A DNA stretch of 64,000 bases from Azolla caroliniana (GCA_043228905.1 JBHGNT010000009.1:15624001-15688000), one strand, 5' to 3'. Shown: positions 1 through 14,230, numbered from the stretch's first letter. A program made the numbers and translations. The notes: generated by a model from the letters alone, not told the origin.

Positions 1-3000
1 GAGTTTGTCAATTTCTTCTTTTACACGGGTCGCGTAGTTCGGGTTCATGCAGTAGCGGCGCTGTTGGATGGGTTTTTCGTCGGTTGCTAAATTGATCTTA
101 TGTTGATAGAACTTGGGATCTAACCCCTTCATGTCCTCGTGAGCCCAAGCGAACACATCTTTATATTTCTTGAGTAGTGCAATCATCGTGTTTCTCTGGT
201 CCGGCCTTAATTCCTTTGTGATGGAGATGAAATGGGGTTCCGACTCCGTACCCACATTTACTTCTTCCAGGGCGGAGGCGGTGACTCGTCGTGAAATTTC
301 CATTTCCCTTTCGAATGCCGCCCGTGCTCTACTAAGTTCCAATATGGACTCTGGGTTTGGTTCGTAAGCCTCGTCGTGGAGAATAGTGGCCGTGGCATAT
401 TCTGCCGCGGTTGCGATGACGTCGATTTCGAACAGCGGAATGATCCGGGGTGCTCATCTAGGTATGCCTCTAATTCTGCATCCTCCACCCCAGCCAACAT
501 ATTTATATCTTCTGCGTATAATGGTGTTATACCCTTGGGTTGTGGCGTGCTTCCTTCCGTAGGTACGCGAACCTTAGTGCATCCGTGTCGGAAACTGATA
601 CACTTGTGTTGCCAACTCTGCTTGATATTTGCTGCCCGCAGCCATGGTCTGCCCAGAAGCACTAGGTATGCCCCTGGGGTGTCCAAGGCGAGGACGACCG
701 CCGAGATGTCGAAGCGATGTCCGCCCACGATAATGCCTATCTTGCGAATTAACCCATATGGTCGTATTGAGCGGGTATCTGCCATTCGGAGCCAGAATGG
801 GCAAGCCTCCCATTTTGAAATGCCTAACTGCTCGCAAGTTTTCTCGCTAATGACATTGACGCCTGAGCCGCCATCGATTACTCATCCAGAAATTTCTTGT
901 TCATGTAATATTAATGTAATAGCCGGGTTGTGGTGATCCACTACAGGCGGTCCGTTGCTAACGTCTGTAAGGTTTCTAGCGACACTCACCCCGGGTATGC
1001 CCGTCACCCGTTCTTCCATGGTCTGGCGGAAACGTGGGACTAACTACAGCAGCTTCTCCATGGTTAATGTTATCTCGCAACCCGCTAATGCCTGCCAAAT
1101 GGGGTTTGGGATTGGTCCTTCTTCCTCCGCTCGCTCCCGCGTATTCGCGGATTCCTTTCGCATGCGCTCTGTATTGGTCACGTTTGCTTTTTCCACCCAT
1201 GCCTGGGCTTGTCGTCGTATCTCATCTTGCGTAGCCCAATCAACCGTTTTTGTTTGCTGGCGTGCCGTGACTTGCTGCACTTCCGCCGTAATCGTATTGA
1301 CGGCGGGCCCCTTGCCCTTGCGTGCTGGGCATTGCGTGGCATAATGTCCGGGCTGCTGACAAATAAAACAATGGATGCTTGATTCACCCTTCTTGGCTCC
1401 TGGTGGTGTGTACCGATCCCTTGGTGCGACTTGCTCCTCACGGTCCGGCCTTGTTTGTTGGAATGCACGCGGTGGTTGCTATTGGTCCCATCGTGGTTCT
1501 TGGTGTCGCTCATTTCCCGAGCTTTCGTCGTAACGCCGGTGATCTCGATATTGCCGCGGCTTCCCACGGTAACCATTGAAGCCGCCACGTTTGTTTGTCG
1601 GCCGATGATTCTCATAGCGCCGACCCCCTTTAGCATAACTCGGATGTCCACGATAATCCTCATCCTCTGGTTTGTCTTCCTCGGAATCGTTGTGATTTCG
1701 GCGATTCCGGTGGTGCCGGTCGTCACGTGGGTTGTGATCCACATACCGTGGTCGATCTTCTTGCCTCCTTTGTTCAGTACGGGGTGGGGGACGTTGTGTG
1801 TCCATGCTGCGGGCCGTGGGAGCGGCTCTGTTCAACATATTGTATTCGCATTGGTCGACTGTGTGAGCCTTCGAGTGGCAGATTGGGCAGTGGATTCGCA
1901 TGTTGCACTCCACTGCGGAATGCCCCGAGTTCAAGCAAATCGTGCACTGGATTGCTTGACGAAACTGGCGTTCCTCGTCTTGGGGTAACGCTTGTCATAA
2001 GGAGGACATAGAAAACCTTTCCTCCTCGTTGTCCAACTCGAGCTGTAACGCTTGTTCAATGACCATATCTGCCGTTTCCCCTTTCATGCTATGTTATTGA
2101 GCGTTGCTCGTATGGGTCGGCATAATGCTGCCAGAAATGTCTCTCGAGCCTCGTCCTCCGCGGGGCTCCGTTCTAGTTTCCGCCGTAAATTTTGGAAAGC
2201 TAAGCTGAAGTCTACGATCGTCTCGGTCGGCAGTTGCTTAATTGTGTAGAACTATCCGAGGATTTCGCGTTGTGGAACCCTCCGATGGAAGAACCGCAAG
2301 AAAGCGGACTACAACTGATTGAAGGTTGTGATTGCTGGTAAATCCATCTGTGAATGCCAAAATGCCGCTCGCCCATCCAATGTTAACCCGAACTCCGTCA
2401 TTTTCGATGGTGTGCTACTGCCTCCGAAAGGCTCTGCGCCATGTGGTTCGCATTCCAGACATTGAGGAACATGCGAATATGGGTTGCGGCGTCGATTTCG
2501 CCGTTAAAGCGGGGATATGCAAAGGCCATGTTGGGGGCTACGGCGGGTCGGGAAAGACCACAGTGTGGTTGTGGTGAGCGTGCTCCCCACGTATCGTCGA
2601 GGTATTTGGAGAGCGAAGAATCACCTTTGTAATCACGGCAAGTAGTACTGAGGTCGCTCAGGCGAGGCTTTTGCCGTGCGCGTTCCTCTGCCTGGCGTGT
2701 GATAGACCTTGTGATTGGCCGGTCTTGTCATGTTGGTTCTCTGGGGCGTTTGCGGCTAAACATCCATTCGTTGTTGTTCGTCTGTGAGAAGACACAGATC
2801 ACCAGGCGTGCCAAAAGTGTTACTGATTAGGAACACAGTCCGCGGTCAGTCCTTTGACCTAGACCTCCAAGTGATTGTGAAACAACGAATGGTGGCGTCT
2901 ATGCGTAATGCGTAGGGGAATGTTCCCTGTAATCTATCAACGTATATGGGAGACGGCTACAACTGACTCCTTAACAGTGATTACACTCGCGTTCTTACAT

Positions 3001-3255
3001 GCTTAGGTATTCCAAACACACAGTAGATTAGCCGTAGCTATACACAGACTTTCAGAGAAGATAGAATTCTATTACGATACGCTTCTTTACATTCCAAAAT
3101 ACACCCTCCCTCTATTAGAGGTTTTTTTCCCTTTATATACGCAGGGTCTATTTAGCCGTTCACGCTTCTTGCGTGAACCGTTACATGCGTTATGATCTTA
3201 TATTATTTCTTACTCCTACGCTCTTGTCCATCGGTTACTATTCCAGCGGACAACA
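1..3255 (-). mobile_element. Degenerate Ty3/Gypsy LTR retrotransposon, 5' part (LTR, PBS, gag, protease); continues beyond the window start
   Basis: Minus-strand fragments with CCHC knuckles (CPICHSKAHTVDQC) and an aspartic-protease-like region (IDGGSGVNV...LLGRPWL), broken by frameshifts. PBS-like TGGCACGCCTGGTG at 2800-2813 lies next to a TG...CA segment at 2818-3255. Confidence 0.8.
2818..3255 (-). repeat. Putative 5' LTR of the Gypsy at the window start
   Basis: TGTTA...CAACA termini, adjacent PBS, abrupt switch to Copia gag at 3256. The partner LTR is outside the window. Confidence 0.6.
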
Positions 3256-4345
3256 GGCGGAGCGTCAGGTAGAAGGGGGAGCCAGACCGAGCCGACAAAA
3301 TAACTCTACCTAGTGTGGATATTATGGCAATTTTGGCCATTATGAGGCAGAGTGTCACAAAAAGAAGAGTGAGTCGGCCTCCATAAGTCAACAACCCACC
3401 AACTACGCCTCAAACTCCGACTACGACGATCATGACGAAATGTTTATGATGAGGCACAAAGTGAACTCTATGACAGCCTCCAACCCGACCATCACCTCCA
3501 ACTCAGAAGATGTATGTATGGTTTGTTGACTCGGGCGTATCCAACCACATGACGTCTCATGAGGATTGGTTCCGAGATCTACAAAAGCCTGAATGACCCG
3601 GGTATGTGGAAACTAGGGATGACACAATTCACCCCATTCAACATGTCGGCAATGTCCCACTTGGGGAAGAAGGCAACCAAACCTACATCAAGAATGTCTT
3701 GCATGTTCTGACAATAATGAAGAACCTAGTCTCGGTTGGCCAGATTGTGGAACAAGGCATGCAAGTTCGCTTCAACAACGGAGGATGCTTCATCGAAAAA
3801 GAAGGCCGACTCATTGTTCGTGGTCGAAGAAAAGGTCGGATGTTCATCCTCAATTCACACGAGATGAAATCGGCAATGTATGCCAAGGGTCATAGAGCCA
3901 ACGCCGACATAGACCAGTGGCACAAAAGGATTGACCACATCAATCTCCAAAAGCGCACAAGAATGCAGTCGAAAGGAGTCATCACCGGACTCCCGAACTT
4001 CACCGAGAAGGAAATTGCAGGCGTGTGCGAAGCTTGCCAATTCGGCAAACAACACCGACAACCATTCCCAAAGGAGAGGAATGTAAGCAAAGGGATCCTG
4101 GATATAATACATTCAGATGTATGGGGACCAACCCAGACGACAACATACGATGGTTGCTGGTACTACATAACGTTCATCGACAACTTCTCTAGACATACTT
4201 GGATTTATCCCATGTGCAAAAAGAGTGAAGTGTTCTCGCACTTCTAGAAATTCAAGAATGAAGTAAAAAAGACAACCAATTGTCATGTACGATGCCTCGA
4301 TCGAATGACGACAAAGAGTACTTCTCCGATGCCTTTACAACATAC
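3256..4345 (+). pseudogene. Copia element A fragment (gag knuckle, protease, GAG-pre-integrase, integrase N-terminus)
   Basis: DSGVSNHMT protease motif, WHKRIDH...CEACQFGKQHR and IHSDVWGP...YITFIDNFSR in ORF 3606-4247. Contains stops/frameshifts and is cut by Copia B at 4346. Confidence 0.85.
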
Positions 4346-4679
4346 TGTTGAATACGGGCTTCTAATGGACGTATTCACACCGTCTCCTTTGTACACACTA
4401 GGCTTAGGCTACTTATGTAAATAGTGAGAAGGGCAATTGCCCTAAGTCAGTTAGTATATAAACCGACTTTGTAACCTAGTTATGTGGGTGTTGTTCCTTG
4501 TGGCTATTGCAATATATTCTGAGTTGTGCTTAACCGTTTCTCTCTCTCTAACGCACTAGTTGCATTCCTATTTTATCTGTCTATGCTGCCATCAATCCAT
4601 TGTGATCTTCTATCTACTTATGATCTTCCACGAGAGGAGTGTTGATCTTGTTCTGCATTAGATGATGATGCTCCCAACA
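4346..4679 (+). repeat. 5' LTR of Copia B
   Basis: TG...CA ends; first ~133 bp repeated at 9480-9612; followed by the PBS. Confidence 0.92.
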
Positions 4680-5217
4680 TATGGTATCAGAGCGTGGTTT
4701 TGTTTGATTCTGCCGCAACCATCTATCTAACCTCCATCGACAACTCTTCTCATGTACACCTTGAAGATCTCGATTGGCAACTCCTCTTGAAATCACATTT
4801 GACGAAGAGAGACACATGAAGGTCTGCACTCTATTGTTCGATATCACTCTTGAAGCCGCACTTGTGCCTCACTTGGTTAGGAGAAAATCGAGTAGGTCAT
4901 ATGCTGCTATCCCCTCACTCGCCGTAACCACTTGAAGCAAACATGATTCTACGGGCAACCCCAATATGTGTTTCATTCGGTTGAATGACTTTCGGGAGGA
5001 CCAGTTGGCTTCGTCCCTCTCATTGGTGCAGTTACCCGAAAGAAGATCGGCCTGGAGAATCACACATAATCCGTGTTGGGAAATCTCGGAAAATCGATAT
5101 TCAAAATCGACACAACTTGTGCCCAACTCTAGCTAGAACGACATCGAGTGAGCCTGGCTGCTGCACTCCACCACAGTTTGTAGCTGGCTCGGGAAAAAAT
5201 CTATTAAACCAACATAG

Positions 5218-8200
5218 ATGGCATCAACATCCGGCTCGTCAGAGATGAGTCTAAGGAAGTTTGACGGATCGAACTTCAACTTTTGGAAGGAGTAGATGCA
5301 TGACTATTTAATAGTCAAGGGGCAAATTGACCCCATTGAGAATGAAGACCCTCTAGAAGGATATAAACCGCTTGAATGGGAAAAACTCGATAGAATCGCA
5401 AGGGCAAATTGACCCCATTGAGAATGAAGACCCTCTAGAAGGATACAAACCGCTTGAATGGGAAAAACTCGTCAGAGCCACCATTCGAATGCACCTATCG
5501 GAGTCCGTGTACTTCACAGTGCAATTGTGCTCGACTGCCTTCCAACAATGGAAGACACTTTTAGACACTTATGAAAAGAAGGTCGCCGCCACCAAGATAT
5601 ACCTGATTCGACACGTTTATAACCTTCAGATGAAAGAGTCTGACTCGGTCCAGGCACACCTGAATGAGTACAAAAGCTTAAGCTCCCAAATTGCGGCCAA
5701 GGGGACGACTATTGAGGATGAACTAAAAGGAATGCTGCTTATGAGTAGCCTCCCTCCTAGGGAAACTTTCGTTACAACCCTGTGCAATGCGTTAACAACT
5801 GCTGTCAAGTACTCCTCAGTTACGAGTGCAATTCTGACTGAAGCAGCTCGGAGAAAATTGTTTGCAAATGATTCAGCCAACAACGCCTATGTAGTACAAG
5901 GTTCGATCGGCCGATCAAACAACTGTGGAAAAGGTTCTTCACGGCAACCGAATAATCAGCGAAGTCGGAGCAAGTCTCGAGCTAATTGAGTCTGCAAGTA
6001 CTGCAAGAAACTCGGACACATCAAAGCCGATTGCCATGCACTCAAGGCCAAAAACGATAAGGCTCAATGAGTGGATTAGAAGAGTGGCCGACATGAGGAG
6101 ATCAACTACGTCGGCTCTTCAGCCAAAGTATTATCAAACGACCTGAACATACTATCAATTGAGAACCCAGTCAAATCAGAAGTTCTACTTACGACTGAAG
6201 AATCGAGCACATGGATCTTAGATTCGGGTGCATCCTTTCATGCGAATCCTCATCGATTCCAATTCCGACAATACACGGCCCGAAATTCTGACTCAGTTCG
6301 AGTAGGAAATTCGCAACACTACGACATAATTGGAATCAACACGGTAGAGCTCAACCTTGCGGGTGGCTCTACATTAGTATTATGCAATGTCCGAAATGTA
6401 CCTGCGCTCTCCAAACCACTGATCTTAGTCGGACAATTGGATGAAGATGGCATTCGTGCTGGCTTCTCATCAAGAGGGTGGATGCCCCACATGGGGAACC
6501 TCCCGCTTGCTCGAGGACGGAAGATACACTCATTGTATCCTTTGCACGTCACACTCAAAGAGGGTGACCTGTTTCTGGTTTACATCCCCGTGTCATCACT
6601 ATGGCATGGACGACTCAAACACCTCAGCAAGGCCAACATCACGCACTTATCTAGAGCCGGATACAGATTCCCCAAATTCTCCTTCTTGGATCATCAGTTC
6701 TGTGAGTATTGCCAATACGGCAAATAGAGAGCTGCGGCACACCCGTCATCCGTCCGAGAGAATCAAGTCCGCTCGATTTGGTCCACTTAGACATTTGTGG
6801 TCCTATGCCACATCAATCTCTTGGAGGTTCTTCATACTTCATCAGCTTCATTGACGACTCAACTCGGAAGGTGTGGGCTTATCCGATCAGAGCCAAAGAT
6901 CGAGTGTTCTCGATCTTCTCTGATTGGCTCGCTATGGTTGAGAACCAGTCCGGTCGAAAACTGAAATTCTTTCGGACCGATAATGGGGGAGAGTTCAAAT
7001 CAAAGGAATTCATCAAATTTTGCCGACAAAGCGGCATAAGACGTGAATTTACGGCACCCCACAGTCAGGAGCAGAATGGAATTCAAGAAAGGATAGTTTC
7101 CATGCTCCATTACTCCGGACTGCCGAATCGCTTTTGGGCAGAGGCCCTACTTACGACAATACACATAATCAACAGGTCGCTTAGTAGGCCTCTAGGACTT
7201 CAGATCCCTCAGGAATTATGGACTGACAGTAAGCCGAATTATGACAAGCTGAGGATTTTCGGATGCGAGGCGTACGCCCTCATCTCAAAAGATCATCACT
7301 GCAAACTTGCACCAAGGTCCAGAAAAAGGATTTTCCTCGGTTATGGACCATATGGCGAAATTGGATACCGACTCTGGGACCCCGAGCATAGACAGATCGT
7401 CAGAAGTTCGGATGTCGTGTTCAACGAGTCGACCATGCATCAATCAGTCAAAAAACCAATTGAAGTCCGACGGGTAATTTTCTCCGATGTGCCAACCCTT
7501 CACGAAGGCCTACCTCACAACACGCGGTCAACTTCATGGGTAGTTCAACCCTCTAACACCGACTCGCCAGCGTCAGACACGACACAACCAAATGACTCGG
7601 CTTTGGACCATCTAACCACGACATCCGATGTGACCAGTCCAGTCATACCTCGACGCTCCAACAAACTATCGCAACCCCCGGAGAGATACTCTCCTGGTAT
7701 CTTCTTTATGGACGCCGAAGAACCAATGTCATACGAAGAAGCGTCGACATCAACTGACTTAGCTACCTGGCATCGGGCAATGGAATCTGAAATGAACTCC
7801 ATTCGTGCAAACAACACTTGGAACTTGGTTGAATTACCGAAAAATCGACGTGCTCTTCTGTGTAAGTGGGTCTATCGAGTTAAGGAGACGTCTGATTCGG
7901 CCACCCCGAAATTCAAGGCCATATTAGTAGCAAAGGGTTTTCGACAAGAAAATGGCGTCGACTTCGACGAAATGTTTTCACTAGTGGTGAAAATGACCAC
8001 CCTTCGCTTTATGCTCGACGTAGTGACCGCTGAGAATTTGGAGCTGATTCAGCTAGATGTCAAAATGGTTTTCCTCTATGGTGATCTTGAGGAGGAAATT
8101 TATATGGAGCAGCCAAAAGGCCTTGTGGTATCCGGCCAAGAACATCTAGTCTACCGACTCAGGAAGAGTCTTTACGGCCTAAAACAGGCGCCACAATAGT

Positions 8201-9270
8201 GGTACAAGAAGTTCGATGACTTCATCCAATCGATCGGCTTCTCAAAGAGCAATGAGGACCATTGTCTCTTCACGAAAACAACTCGGGATGGATTACCCAT
8301 CTTCCTCATCATCTACGTGGATGACATGCTCATCTTAGATCACCATGCCGGAGAACTCGCCAAGCTTGTTCGGCAACTGTGGTTGAAGTTTTCCATGAAG
8401 GATCTTGGTCTGGCTCGACACATTCTTGGCATGAAAATAAATTGGAATCGAAATCGAAGACAATTGTTTCTATCTCAATCCAACTACATTGGATGTGTCT
8501 TGGAACGCTTCAACATGCAATCCGCAAAATCTGCTTCAACCCCGCTCCCCATTAGTACTCAACAGTCTCAGGAAGACTGCCTGGCATCCGGTCTGGAGGG
8601 GGAGATTATGAAGTCGGTACAGTGTGCACCGACAATAGGCTCCCTGATGTACGCGATGGTTGCGACACGGCCTGACATCGCTCATGCCGTTGGCATCGTC
8701 AACATATTTATGCACAATCCTGGCCGATCGCATTGGAACGCAATCAAGCATGCCTTCAGATATCTAGTGGGCACAAAAGACCTTGGTATTCTTTTCGGCC
8801 CGAACGACATCTCAGGCGTAGTCGGATACACAGACTCAGACTTTGCAGGTTGCGTAGATAGCCGTAAATCAACAACCGGATATTGTTTTAAACTTGGCAA
8901 TGGAGTGATCTCATGGAAATCGAAACTTCAAAAGTGCACTGTCACATCTACGACCGAGGCTGAATACGTAACCGCGTCCGATGTGGCAAAAGAGGCCTTA
9001 TGGTTTGGTCGGCTGGTCTACACGTTTCGACAAGCCGAAATCGGCTCGGTTCCAATTGTTTACAATGACAATCAGGGTGCTATTGCTCTGTCGAAAAATC
9101 CGGTTCATCACAATGCCTCCAAGCATATCGATGTTCGATATCATTTCGTTCGGGACTGTGTCATTTCAGGGAAAATCGGCCTTGAGAAGGTACCTACAGC
9201 CGATAACGTTGCAGATGCAATGACCAAGTGTCTCTCGGCGGATCGATCAATGAAGAATCAGTCCAAATAA
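5218..9270 (+). pseudogene. Copia B gag-pol, disrupted
   Basis: Gag (UBN2-like), DSGAS protease, integrase (LDICGP...RTDNGGEF), RT (SLYGLKQAP, YVDD) and RNase H (YTDSDFAG...KHIDVRYH). Several stops and frameshifts. Confidence 0.93.
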
Positions 9271-9629
9271 ATCGGACACCCAGGATGTTTCTTGGACAAT
9301 AGACCTGGATAGTTCGAACTTCAGCTTCAGTCTCTCCGAACTCAACCAATCCGGCCTTCTACTCTTCGGAGTTCACCAATTCGAACGAAGTCTCGATTGT
9401 TCAGAAACCTTATATCAATATGTATTGTACATTCATTTCGGTATACAAATTTCAGATGTATATGCCAATGACGGGGGAGTGTTGAATACGGGCTTCTAAT
9501 GGACGTATTCACACCGTCTCCTTTGTACACACTAGGTTTAGGCTACTTATGTAAATAGTGAGAAGGGCAGTTGCCCTAAGTCAGTCAGTATATAAACTGA
9601 CTTTGTAACCTAATTCTCGAGTTATCAAC

Positions 9630-12600
9630 AACTTCTTCGACCGGTTCTCAAGTTATCTACAGAAGGAGGGAATTCGACGCGAATTCTCATGTAGATACAT
9701 GCCACAGCAGAACGACGTGCCTGAGAGGAAGAATCAGACGATATAGGAGGTGGCAAGGGTGATGCTTGAAGAGAAGCATTTGCCAAGGTTCTATTGGGCC
9801 GAAGCGTTCAGAAGAGCCGTCTACCTCCAGAATCGGGCATCTACCAATGGAGGAGTGTTGCCACATGAGTTGTACTTCAAGAAGAAGCCGAACTTGGCAC
9901 ACTTGAGGGTCTTCGATAGCATTGTGTATGTGCATGTGCCCCAAAGGAGAAACAGAGGAAGCTAGACGCCAAAGCCGAGAAGTGTATCTTGGTTGGCTAC
10001 TCGGATGAACAGAAGGGTTATAACTGTTATAACCGTCGAACCAAACAACCTCGCGTAAGTCATGATGTTGTGTTCGACGAGTCCGCGCCGTGGTACTTGC
10101 CTTTGCCTCCAACCCATGAAGACTCCATTCCGATCTCAGACGAAGAGGTCAGCGAGGCTGAAATGCCTCAAGAAGAAGGAGACACCGGAGCTCTTGAAGA
10201 GAGTGCGATCTCATTCAGGCTATGTGGGCCGAATTAGCGACTGAGTCGGCATGACCAATTAGATGCAGAGCCGGCGAGTAGTGGAGACTCAGTCGTGCAT
10301 TCCCCGTGCAGGAAGCTGAGGAGACGGTTTACGCACAAAGAGGAGGGAAAGAAGAAGATGTCGGAGTATGACACTGATAAAGATGAGTTGGATCGAAGCG
10401 AATCCGACTTCGAGAAGAACGAAGATAGACCTTCAGAAACGAAGTCCGCGTTGGCCAAGAGGGCCTCAAAATCGGCTAATGAGCAATTACGCCGATCTAC
10501 CCGCCAGAAGAACCCCGTGGGGCGGTTCGGATACAACGAGTACATGGTGCATCATTATGCATACATGACATGAGTGGTGGAAGTGCATGAGCCAAAGAGC
10601 TACGCAGAAGCGACGAAGGACGCAAATTGGCGTGCCACAATGGAGGAAGAGATGCATGCATTAGTGGAAAATGAAACTTGGGACCTGGTTAATGCCCCGA
10701 TGGGTGTAAAGCCGATTGGTGCAAGTGGGTGTACAAGGTGAAGTACAACACTAACGGCTCTGTCAACCGATATAAGGCCCGATTAGTGGCAAAGGGCTAC
10801 ATGCAGAAGCACGACATTGATTACGACAAGACCTTCACGCTTGTTGCGAAGATGACAATTGCTCGTGTACTACTGGTCGTAACAACGACAAAGGGGTGGC
10901 ATTTACATCAGATGGATGTAAAGAATGCGTTCCCGCAAGGAGAACTTGAGGAGCAAGTGTACATGACAGAACCCCTTGGATTTCTATCCAAATGGCACAC
11001 CTCGGCGGTATATCGACTGAAGAAGTCCCTCTATGGACTAAATCAAGCCTGGCGAGCGCAGAACGCCAAGATCACGCAACGCTTGCGTCGGATGGGGTTG
11101 CGACATCCTAATTGGACTCTTCATTGTTCGTCTAGCAAGGTCGACATGGACTGGTTAGTATTTTACTTTATGTTAATGATTTCGTCATCGCCGGCGCTGA
11201 CCTAGATGAAATCGGCTGCGTAAAGTCTCAACTTGTGGCATCATTCGACATGAAAGACCTAGGGGACCTTCATTACTTTGTCAGAATCGAAGTGATCTGT
11301 GCCCCCGAAAGCATACTGATCAGCCAATGACATTACGTGTTGAGTATGCTCTTCAAGTTCGGGATGGTAGACTGTAAGTCCATCTCAACTCCTCTAGACA
11401 GAAACATAAACCTTCACTGATATTCGGGAACGGCGTGTGACCCGACACGGTTCCAACAAATTGACAGAAGCCTAATTTATTTGCTGATCACTCGGCTGGA
11501 TCTCAAATACCCGGTCGGCCTGATCAGTCAATTTATGTTGTAGCCCATGGTCGAACACCTTCAGCTACATCCACAACACTAAGGATAGGGCGTTGCTATA
11601 TCGGGGAGGAGTAGCCAAGTAGCTCGTCGACTACTTGGATGCCGATTGGGCCGGAAATGTCGGCGATCGTAGATCCACATCTGGGCTCTCTTTCTCGCTT
11701 GGGAGCGCCGCGATCACCTGGAGCAGCAAGAAGCAGCCAACAATTGCACTGTCGAGCACAGAGGCTAAGTATCGAGGAGTAGTTGTCGCGACATGTGAAG
11801 CCATTTGGCTCCAGAGGCTAAGTCTCAAGGATCTATAGGTGGAGGTGTTCGATCCGACGACGATCTATTGTGACAATCTCAACATCATCCAACTTGTGAA
11901 GAACCTTGTCTTCCACACCCGGACCAAGCACATTGAGGTGCACTACCATTTTGTCCGTGATCGTGTCCTCTCTGGTGAAGTTGAACTAGTATATGTTGTG
12001 ACGGATCGACAAATTGCTGACATTTTCACCGAGCCCCTTGGTCTCAACAAGTTGCGGCAATTCTCGGGTGCGCTTGGTTTGTAGCACCTCGACGTGCCGA
12101 ACTTGAGGGGGAGAAAAGACCAGGAAAGGAGTGGAAGTGACCGCAAAGCCGAGTCGGATGAAGAATTCGATTTCGGGTCGGTTGAAGAAGTTGTAGGTGG
12201 AAACAGGGGCAGCAACCGAGGGAAGAGCTGGAGTCAGCCGAACGAGGGGGAGATGAAGCCAAGAAGGGCAAGAAGGGCAAGACCAAGACATGGTCAAATG
12301 TGGTCGAGGGCTTGAAGACCAGAAAGGAATCAGAGGCAACCGATTTGGTTCGAATGTTCAATTCAAAGATGTCGAATGAACTGAAGGCCAAGGGCAGTGG
12401 AAGAGGCGCCACCACCGTGACAACAAGGGAGCTGAGAAAGGCCGCACGAGCACACAAGCCGATCGAAAGAGTCGAGGCGCGTGAAATCGAATGGGCCGAG
12501 GAGCGCAAGCGAGGCATGAAGCCAGGAGAAGCCAGAGCGAAGATCTGGAAGAGCAGGCGAAACCTCAAGTTGAGCTTGAGGGGGAGTGTTGAGATACAAG

Positions 12601-12998
12601 CTCAACATTGGGTGTGTAACCAATGCGTAGACTGGGTGTGTAAACTGGGTGCGCAATGAGAGGTCGTAGTGGTGTGTAAACCAGGAGGCCATTGGATAAA
12701 TATTATGCGGAGGAATATATTTTGGGAGTTAGTGTAGGGGCTCATTGATGAGCATTGAAGTACGAGTCGGTACTTCCGTCAATCCGTATGGACTTGTATA
12801 AAAGTGCTCCTTGAGCACATCCTATGTACAGAGTTTTAGAGTATTGTTTTTCGAATAGAGTTTTCTGTGTTATGCTCTCTCTATCTCTCCCCCATACGTT
12901 GTGTTGATTAAGCTTTCCATTAAACCTCCCTTGTCCCTTGTCGCTTGTCTGTTGTTATCCGGTTGTGTTTGTTAAACTTCGGCACATATTCTTTTACA
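9630..12998 (+). mobile_element. Copia element C, 3' part (integrase C-terminus, RT, RNase H, PPT, 3' LTR 12587-12998)
   Basis: Fragments YKARLVAKG, QMDVKNAF, DADWAG...RSTSG, TKHIEVHYHF. PPT GAGGGGGAG 12578-12586, then TGTTG...TTACA. Confidence 0.85.
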
Positions 12999-14166
12999 TG
13001 GACTCCTGACGGCATCATGCTTTCTCAAAAGCACCATATCCTCAATCTACTCTACAAGTTTGGGATGACATAGTGTAAGCCCGTCACTACCCCTCTCGAT
13101 CGCAACCTAAAGTTAGACGCCAACTCAGGCACAAGAGAGTGTGAGCTGATGCTCTATCGTCAGCTAGTCGGAAGCCTAATCTACCTCACCATTACCCAAC
13201 CCGACATGAGTTACCGGTTGGCCTCCTTAGCTAGTTCATGCAAACTCCATGAGACATCCATCTCGACTATGCTAAGCGAGTGATAAGGTATGTGAGTGGA
13301 ACACAGATGCCGATTGGACCGACTACAAAGACGACAGGCGATCAACATCAGGGTTTGTCTTCTCCCTTGACAGTGGAGCCATATACTGGAGCAGTAAGAA
13401 GCAACCGATAGTCGCATTGTTGAGCACAGAAGCCGAATATAGGGGTGCGGTGGTCGCCGCATGTAAAACTTGAACGATCTGGGTGTTCCCATCGCAGATA
13501 TGATTCTCCTCTACTGTGACAATATGAGCAGTATTCACTTGGCTCGGAACCTAGTTTTCCACACTTGGATCAAGCACATCGAAGTGCACCATCACTTCAT
13601 CCGAGAGCAAGTTCTAGCCGGGGATGTCGACCTGCAACACATCAAGACGAACCTGCAAATAGCCGACATCTTCACCAAGGCCATGGGGATTGACAAGCTA
13701 TAACAATTCACGATGAATGTAGGTCTTTCAACTGTCAATCAACCGAGCTTGAGGGGGAGTAAGGAGCAATAGGAGTTAACCAATCATCTGAAGCTGAAGC
13801 TAGTTGACTCAAAGCTGACCCGAAGGCCTTTTCTGAACCAACGATCCGACAATCAGAAGTTGTGTTTGAAGGGATGTGTTGAGAATCAAACTCAACTTCC
13901 CATGTGTGGGAACGCATTCTAGGACACTCAAGTGGGTGAACACCCCACCTCCTTGTATAGTAACTAGTGTGTCATAGAAGCTAATATCGTATGACATATT
14001 CTTTTAATAAATTAAGGCTCGACTTCTTTCCCAAGGGGCCATTTCAGTGAGAGAACTTAGAGAGAAGGTTACTACATAAGCACCTTCTCCTTCTCTTTGT
14101 AATGTTGTTGGCTCATTATTGCTAGTGTTAATACAATTTTCTGTTTTTTTGTATTTTCTTTTGTTG

Positions 14167-14208
<42 letters not shown>

Positions 14209-14230
14209 ACCTCTCCCGCAACACAAAATC
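12999..14230 (+). mobile_element. Copia element D, 3' fragment (RT end, RNase H, probable LTR from 13877; right end uncertain)
   Basis: WSSKKQP...LSTEAEYRG and KHIEVHHHFIRE; purine tract followed by TGTTGAG at 13877. Confidence 0.7.
14167..14210. repeat. (TC)n(AC)n compound microsatellite
   Basis: Directly visible. Confidence 0.95.

Larger units (their letters stand above)
4346..9612 (+). mobile_element. Ty1/Copia element B (full 5' LTR, truncated 3' LTR)
   Basis: 5' LTR 4346-4679 (TGTTG...CAACA), tRNA-iMet PBS TGGTATCAGAGC 4682-4693, PPT GGGGGAG 9473-9479. The 3' LTR starts at 9480 and matches the 5' LTR only to about 9612. Confidence 0.93.
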
